From Camelus ferus (lineage: Eukaryota), in assembly GCF_009834535.1 (NCBI RefSeq), contig NC_045696.1, positions 3,412,001 to 3,476,000 of the forward strand: a stretch of DNA of 64,000 nucleotides. Direction: 5' to 3'. This document shows, piece by piece, positions 58,640-64,000 of the stretch. Position 1 is the first letter of the stretch. Every line of letters begins with the position of its first letter. A program made the translations under genes and the position numbers. A model generated the notes under the pieces. That model saw only the letters and a list, made by a program, of their open reading frames with translations, was not told the DNA's origin and did not search any database.

Positions 58640-58900
58640 GCCGGGCGGTGGCGGTGGCTCTGGGCCTCTCCTGAGCGGCAGCACAAAGGTACCTGGGCCG
58701 CCTGGGCCCAGAGACAAGGTCCTGATTTTCCCTTGCGTCGCCGACCGTGGCAGTGGCTTCAGAAGGTGCGCTCGCCGGGAGCAGTCCCTTATGCCCGCTC
58801 GTAAACACCTGCCACCGCCACGGCCGTGTCCCTTGGGGCACCTGCGTGTCACAGCCCATTCTCCCTCCAGGCAGATGGCATCTCTTAGGAAAGGTGAGTA
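58640..58900 (-). promoter_or_regulatory. Putative UMODL1 5' UTR / proximal promoter
   Basis: Position upstream of ATG. TATA-like CATAAG (58788-58793, minus), forkhead GTAAACA (58801-58807), E-boxes CACCTG/CAGATG, O/E-like TCCCTTGGGG (58829-58838). Motifs only; TSS unknown. Confidence 0.35.
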
Positions 58901-60960
58901 CCCCACCGCCTGGCTGCATCGCTGGGTCGCATCTCACTGTTACGTAGGAAACACATTTCAGCCCCGAATCTGACTCCTTCCATCAAGTACAAAGCATCCT
59001 CTTACCTTATCATGGCGAGCTGGCGGGAGAAAACAACATGGCATCAAAGCGGCTCATCGGATTCAGAAAAGCGTCCTTCACACAATTGGACAGGCCAGAT
59101 CAAAAGCTAGAGACAACGTCCCTGCAGCCCGGCGATCTCTTCCCGAGCCTGGTCTGGGGACCACGGAGCTGCCGTCTCAGAGATGTCTGTCATTGGCCAG
59201 AATTTAAAGCGGCAGAGCGTGGAAGTGAGCCTTCGCGGGAGGAGGGGAGGGGAGGTTGTGGCAGAGCCCCTGGACGTGACCCCACCCCGGCGTGCCGACC
59301 GTGAAGACTTTGGGCAGCGAGGAAACGATACCTCCCGACGCGAAGTCAAAGCCGCGCCTGGCGCCGCGCCGCCTCCAGAAGGACGGCAAGTCTGCAGTTG
59401 TGGGCTCAGCCCAGAACAGGCCGCAGGACTGAAAGGAAACACAGTGAGGGGCTGCAGACTGATGGCTGGGTCGTGGTGTGTTTCAGGAGCTGTCACACGG
59501 TGTGAAACGGGATTTTAAATTTCATAGCGAAGACATGCCTGTTGATGAAGCCTTCTCGTTCCTCTGTTGAGCTGTCTTTTATCGCCTGGTACAATCTTTG
59601 ACATTTGATGAGGCACAGTTAGTAGCATTAGACGAGGGTCTCTTTAGTCCTGCTGAGAAAACTTTCAAACAGGGCCACAAAGACCCGCCTTGGTCCAGAA
59701 GTGTGATTCCCTCGTGTCCGAGATACAGAACAGGTCTGCCTGGAGCCCTGCTGTGGGGCTGCCACATGGGTGCGTCTTCCACCCCCAGGAGATTAAGCGC
59801 TGAGTTTGTAACTGCTACACTTGCGTGGTTAGTGCCTACGTGGCAGGTGCCGGGACAAGAAGACCAAAAAAAAGGAGCTGGAAATAATCCCGCAGTTGAG
59901 GGGCTCAGCGCGAGTCTCCCGAGACAGCAGCACCCTTCAGGGCTCGGCTCACGAACTCTACTGCTGTCACGGAGGCGTGGAAAAGAGTTTCAACAAGAAA
60001 AGACAAACTTTTAAAGCTATAGTATAATATTCAAGAAAATAAAATGTAATCAGCACAGAAAAACAGGAAAGGTGTTATGATGAAGGTAAACCTGAGCATT
60101 TACAAGTGGGAGCTGAATCTGTATTATAATATTCGACTGTATCATCTCTTAGAACTTTGGCTACAATCACGTACGAACGCTTCTAGAAAACACGAGGGTG
60201 GGATCAAGGACAATATTATATTTAAAAACTTGAAATTGACCTTGTGCACCTTCTTTCTCATCTTCAGACCCACCCTCTGAAGTAGGTCCCTTACCTGCCT
60301 CATACACATAAAGAAGCTGCGGGTCCGAGAGGCCACACGGCTAGCGAGGAGGACTCTGCTCCAAACCCAGCTTCACAGCCCGCTCCCTGGCTGGCCCCGG
60401 GGCCGGCCCGGAGGACACCGCCACAGACCCCAAGGAAGAGGAGCGAAGTCAGGACTTCCTGCCCGCTGCACACGTCACGCTAACTTGGAATTGTCCATAA
60501 GACGTTGTCGCAGGGCTTTCTCCTTATATCAAAACTCATACAATTGAAAAAAAGCCCCCAGATTGTCTGTCTGCTTCTAGCTCCGCGCTGCCTCCCTCCC
60601 CCCCACCGCCCCCGGTCAGGCACGGGAAGGGTAAGCGTGCGTGTTGTTTCTTTTCCATCCACAGGGAGGGGTTCCCCTCCTGGTGCTCACGCATATTTTT
60701 CTGCATGACGGCCACAGGGATTTTCCACTTTTGACTTTTCCATGTAAACGGTCTACTTGAGGAGAAGTAACCACGCGCTAACCAGAGGGAGAGGGCTGTC
60801 CCTCCAGGGCACCGTGTCCAGGTGAGTCTGGCCACAGGTCCATCCAGCAAAGAGCCCTCAGGTCCACGCCTCTGGGGAGAAAGTCCAGCACCCTGTCAAC
60901 GTGGTGACCAGAAACTGGGGGACGAGGGGAGGCCCTCAGGCTGCAGTTCTAGATCTAAGG

Positions 60961-60993
60961 ACACACACACACGCACACACACACACACACACA
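60961..60993. repeat. Interrupted (AC)n microsatellite
   Basis: Direct reading. Confidence 0.9.
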
Positions 60994-62261
60994 TGCACAC
61001 TTGCTCACATGTCCACACTCTTAGCCTTCCATGTGCGGGTTTACTGCAGACACACCCTGGCACGCTCACACACATGCACGAACACACGGGATGCGGGTGA
61101 GCTCCTGACCCTGCAAGCAGTGTCTCCGTGGAGGGAGCTGTGCTCTCTGCTGTTGGTGACAGAGCCTGGGCTGGGCGCCGCCTGCCCCCACCGTCAGCAG
61201 GAGGAGGGGGTTGAATCAGGTTACCTCCAAACAGCCCTTCTCCTCTCGGGTTCTGAGTTCCGTGGTCCTAAGCACAGAGGTCCAACAACTCCAAGACAAA
61301 ATCACATCTGTCGTGACCCCACAGGCCAAAATATATACACCCCCAGCGCTATCCTGGGATGTGGCCATCATGTCCCAAGGGAGACATACTCGTAGCCGTG
61401 GTCTGGGGCAGGGATGGCAGGACAGCACTGCTCCCAGCTTTCTTCCGACCCCTGCTCCATCAGCAGCCCTGGGGACCACCATGCGCCAGGCCAGCGGGCG
61501 GGGAGGGGCGGGCAGGGACCCGGTGCTCTCCTGCCCTGCCTGGCCTGGGGTGGGGGGCAGCCTCCAGGGCGTGGAGGCTGCGGTGCAAAGTGACATGGGG
61601 CACGAGGGAACTGGGGGACTCGGGAGGAGCAGCGTGGGGTCTGGCGACGGCTCTGCTCGGTGAGGACGGAGCTGGAGGTGGGGCGGGGAGGCATCCTCTC
61701 GCTAAGGGGCTATTTCCAGGGAACACTGGCTGTGATGCACGGTCAAGACAGAGAACTAGAGAGGAGCTTTATGAAGCTGTAGAAATGTTGGGTTTGGAAG
61801 TCACCTTGAGCAATCTGGCCCAGCTTCTGTCCCAGTCCAGACTGCTCTCCGACACTGCGGAATCAGGGGGACAGGCTCACTAGAAATTCAGGTGCCTTTC
61901 GGCACCTCTCAGGTGCCCCAAACTTCTCAGTCTGTTAGGGTGGGTCCGCAGGGGCTCAGGTCCTTCAGGTGTGCAGAAGCTTGAAGACACTGACAAATCC
62001 TTGTAAATACCCAGGGACGCGGCCCTGGGTGGAGCAGCCCCTCCCCGGGCAGTGATCTGCTGAAACATTCCTCCTGATGGGGAGTCAAATTTGACCTCCA
62101 CTGGCACCACCAGAAGCGTGGCCGTGGTCCTTCAACTAGACTAAGGAATCGCATCGCCTTCCACCTGACAGCCCTGCAGACTCTTCTGGGGAGTTCTCAG
62201 GGCACCCTTGTTTCTGGTGTGGTTGTTCTTCATGGTCCCTCCCCATACTTGTCTCCCCCAC

Positions 62262-62362
62262 TGCACACGCAGACACACTGACACACACACAGAGATACAC
62301 AGGAACACACACAGACATGCAGAAACACAGACACACACAGAGACACACAGACACACACACAC
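62262..62362. repeat. Compound CA/GA-rich simple repeat
   Basis: Direct reading. Confidence 0.8.
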
Positions 62363-64000
62363 ATCCTTTTCATCCCTGTCTTTCTCTTCTGTGTTTGGTT
62401 TTGCAAATCCTTGACATTATAAAATCGCAGGGTGGACACTGTTTCTCACCCTCTCTTCCCATCCCAGCCCGGAGACCATTGCCCTCTGAGCAGAGTTGAA
62501 TGGAAAGTGGGGATCCAGCACGTGGTCACCAAGCCCCAGGGAGTGTGCTGGACACTCTGCTTCCAGCCAGGGTGGGTTGGACGGTGAGGAGAAGCAGGTC
62601 TGCCTGCACGGGTGCCCGGTGGCCAGAGCAGCTGGGGCTGAAGCTGGGGGCCCAGGCCTCTGCTCTGCAAAGCTGCCTGGGAGACTGGGAAGGCAGGCGA
62701 CCCTGCACAGCCCCCTTTTCGTAGACTCGCGGGAAAAGCCTGGCCTAGGAGCCGGACATCCTGGTCCACCCTAGTTTTGCCAACAACCAGCGGGGTTACC
62801 AGGGGCAACGCTGCATCTCCCTGCACCTCCCAATCTACAGAACGGGGGCACTTGTGCCTCCAAACTTGGCAGTGTGGTAACGCCTCCCGACTTTGTGAAA
62901 AACAAGCAAGACCGCGTGTGGGAACTGCTCTAGAACTTGAAAGCGCTTTAAGACATCCGTCCTCTAGAGTCATTAAATGTAGATAAAGTGTTATTGGGGG
63001 AATTTCATTAAAAACGAGTTCTGCTCCCACCCCAGGGAACCTCTCCACAAAGTCGGAGGAGAAAGAAGATTCTTTCACTGCTGAACGAACATTAGACCAG
63101 ATGACAAGGCGAGCCACGGGCAGCCCGACGCGAGACTGCACGGGCACGGAGATCCCACCTTCCCTGCGATCGAGCAGACACACCCACTAGGTCAGGCTCG
63201 CAAGACAAACGATGACCAGTCCCCAGGCAGAGGACTTGCCAGCACCGCTGGTCACACACATCTCCTGCTCATCTCGGCCTGCGACTGGGGCGGCCTTCTG
63301 TACTAGCTAAACGGCTTCATCCAGAGGGAAAAGAAACTTCTGTCTTTAGCACAGGAGGCAGTTTTGCAAAGTAGAACAAGGAGCCCACAGAGTTAGGGCC
63401 CAACCCACCTCACAGAGACGGGGGGGCGGACGGGGACTGACAGCACTCACGACGTTTCCACGGCAAAGAGATGTTCCCATGGTCTTGAGAGTGACGTTCT
63501 CGGGCCACAGAGCCCAGGAAATGCTAACCTAGTCTTCAAAAGGGGACACATGCATTTCAAAGACAGGGGACGGTGCTTACACGTTTTCTAAAGTACGTGC
63601 TCAAAGAAAAGAGGGGAGGGAAATCTCTTCCCTTATTTTTCACAGAAAGAATTAGACCTCTTATTATTTTTAATTTGTATTTGTCTTTACAGTATGAATG
63701 CCCCGAAGCAATCTGCCAGGTGTGGGGGTTAGGACGACAGAGCCAGGGAGACTGGGCCGCGTGCCCTCCGAGGCCCCTTCCAGGAGGGCTGAGCATCTGA
63801 GCACCAGCACCTTGAGTTCTAGAATCTAGTAGTAAGAGCCCACGTGCTACGATCAGGATGACCGTGGGCTGAACAAACAATCTTATGATCAGTGTTCTCG
63901 CAGAGAGGTAACACCAGCCCAGAAACAGAAGTCCACCCCTCTGAGGGCCCCAGGACTCCAGAGTGAGGGCAGCGTGTTGGCACAAGGGCACTCGGATGAG

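Noticed and set aside
62446..63183. 245-aa minus-strand ORF upstream of UMODL1
   Set aside because: No recognisable protein motif and a non-ATG start; compatible with chance in GC-rich DNA.
1..64000. CRISPR arrays, operons, tRNA/rRNA genes or prokaryotic defence systems
   Set aside because: Sequence is clearly mammalian (spliced gene, L1, MIR, MaLR); no repeat-spacer arrays or structural RNA genes recognised.

Overview
GC-rich mammalian genomic DNA. The young L1 3' ends are cetartiodactyl-type and I recognised no ruminant, pig or whale SINEs, so a camelid source is my tentative inference. The window is filled almost entirely by one minus-strand gene, UMODL1 (uromodulin-like 1 / olfactorin). 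I traced 21 coding exons from ATG 58638 to TAA 2993, all with GT-AG splice sites. They encode signal peptide - EMI - WAP - linker - cbEGF - FN3 - SEA - cbEGF - mucin-like region - FN3 - SEA - cbEGF - ZP - TM - short tail, about 1362 aa after correction. As written, the spliced CDS is 4093 nt, 4 nt too long, because of four single-base insertions (exon 2, exon 5 twice, exon 14). There are no nonsense codons or broken splice sites. The pattern favours assembly/consensus error over pseudogenisation, but reads are needed to decide. Introns carry L1 fragments (three with visible target-site duplications), MaLR/ERV LTRs, MER DNA transposons, MIRs and microsatellites. I found no evidence of a wholly new biological system. 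The most notable items are the frameshift pattern, an apparently constitutive long mucin exon, a duplicated four-exon cassette and a strong intronic CTCF motif. Comparisons to human UMODL1 and repeat-family names come from memory and need database confirmation.
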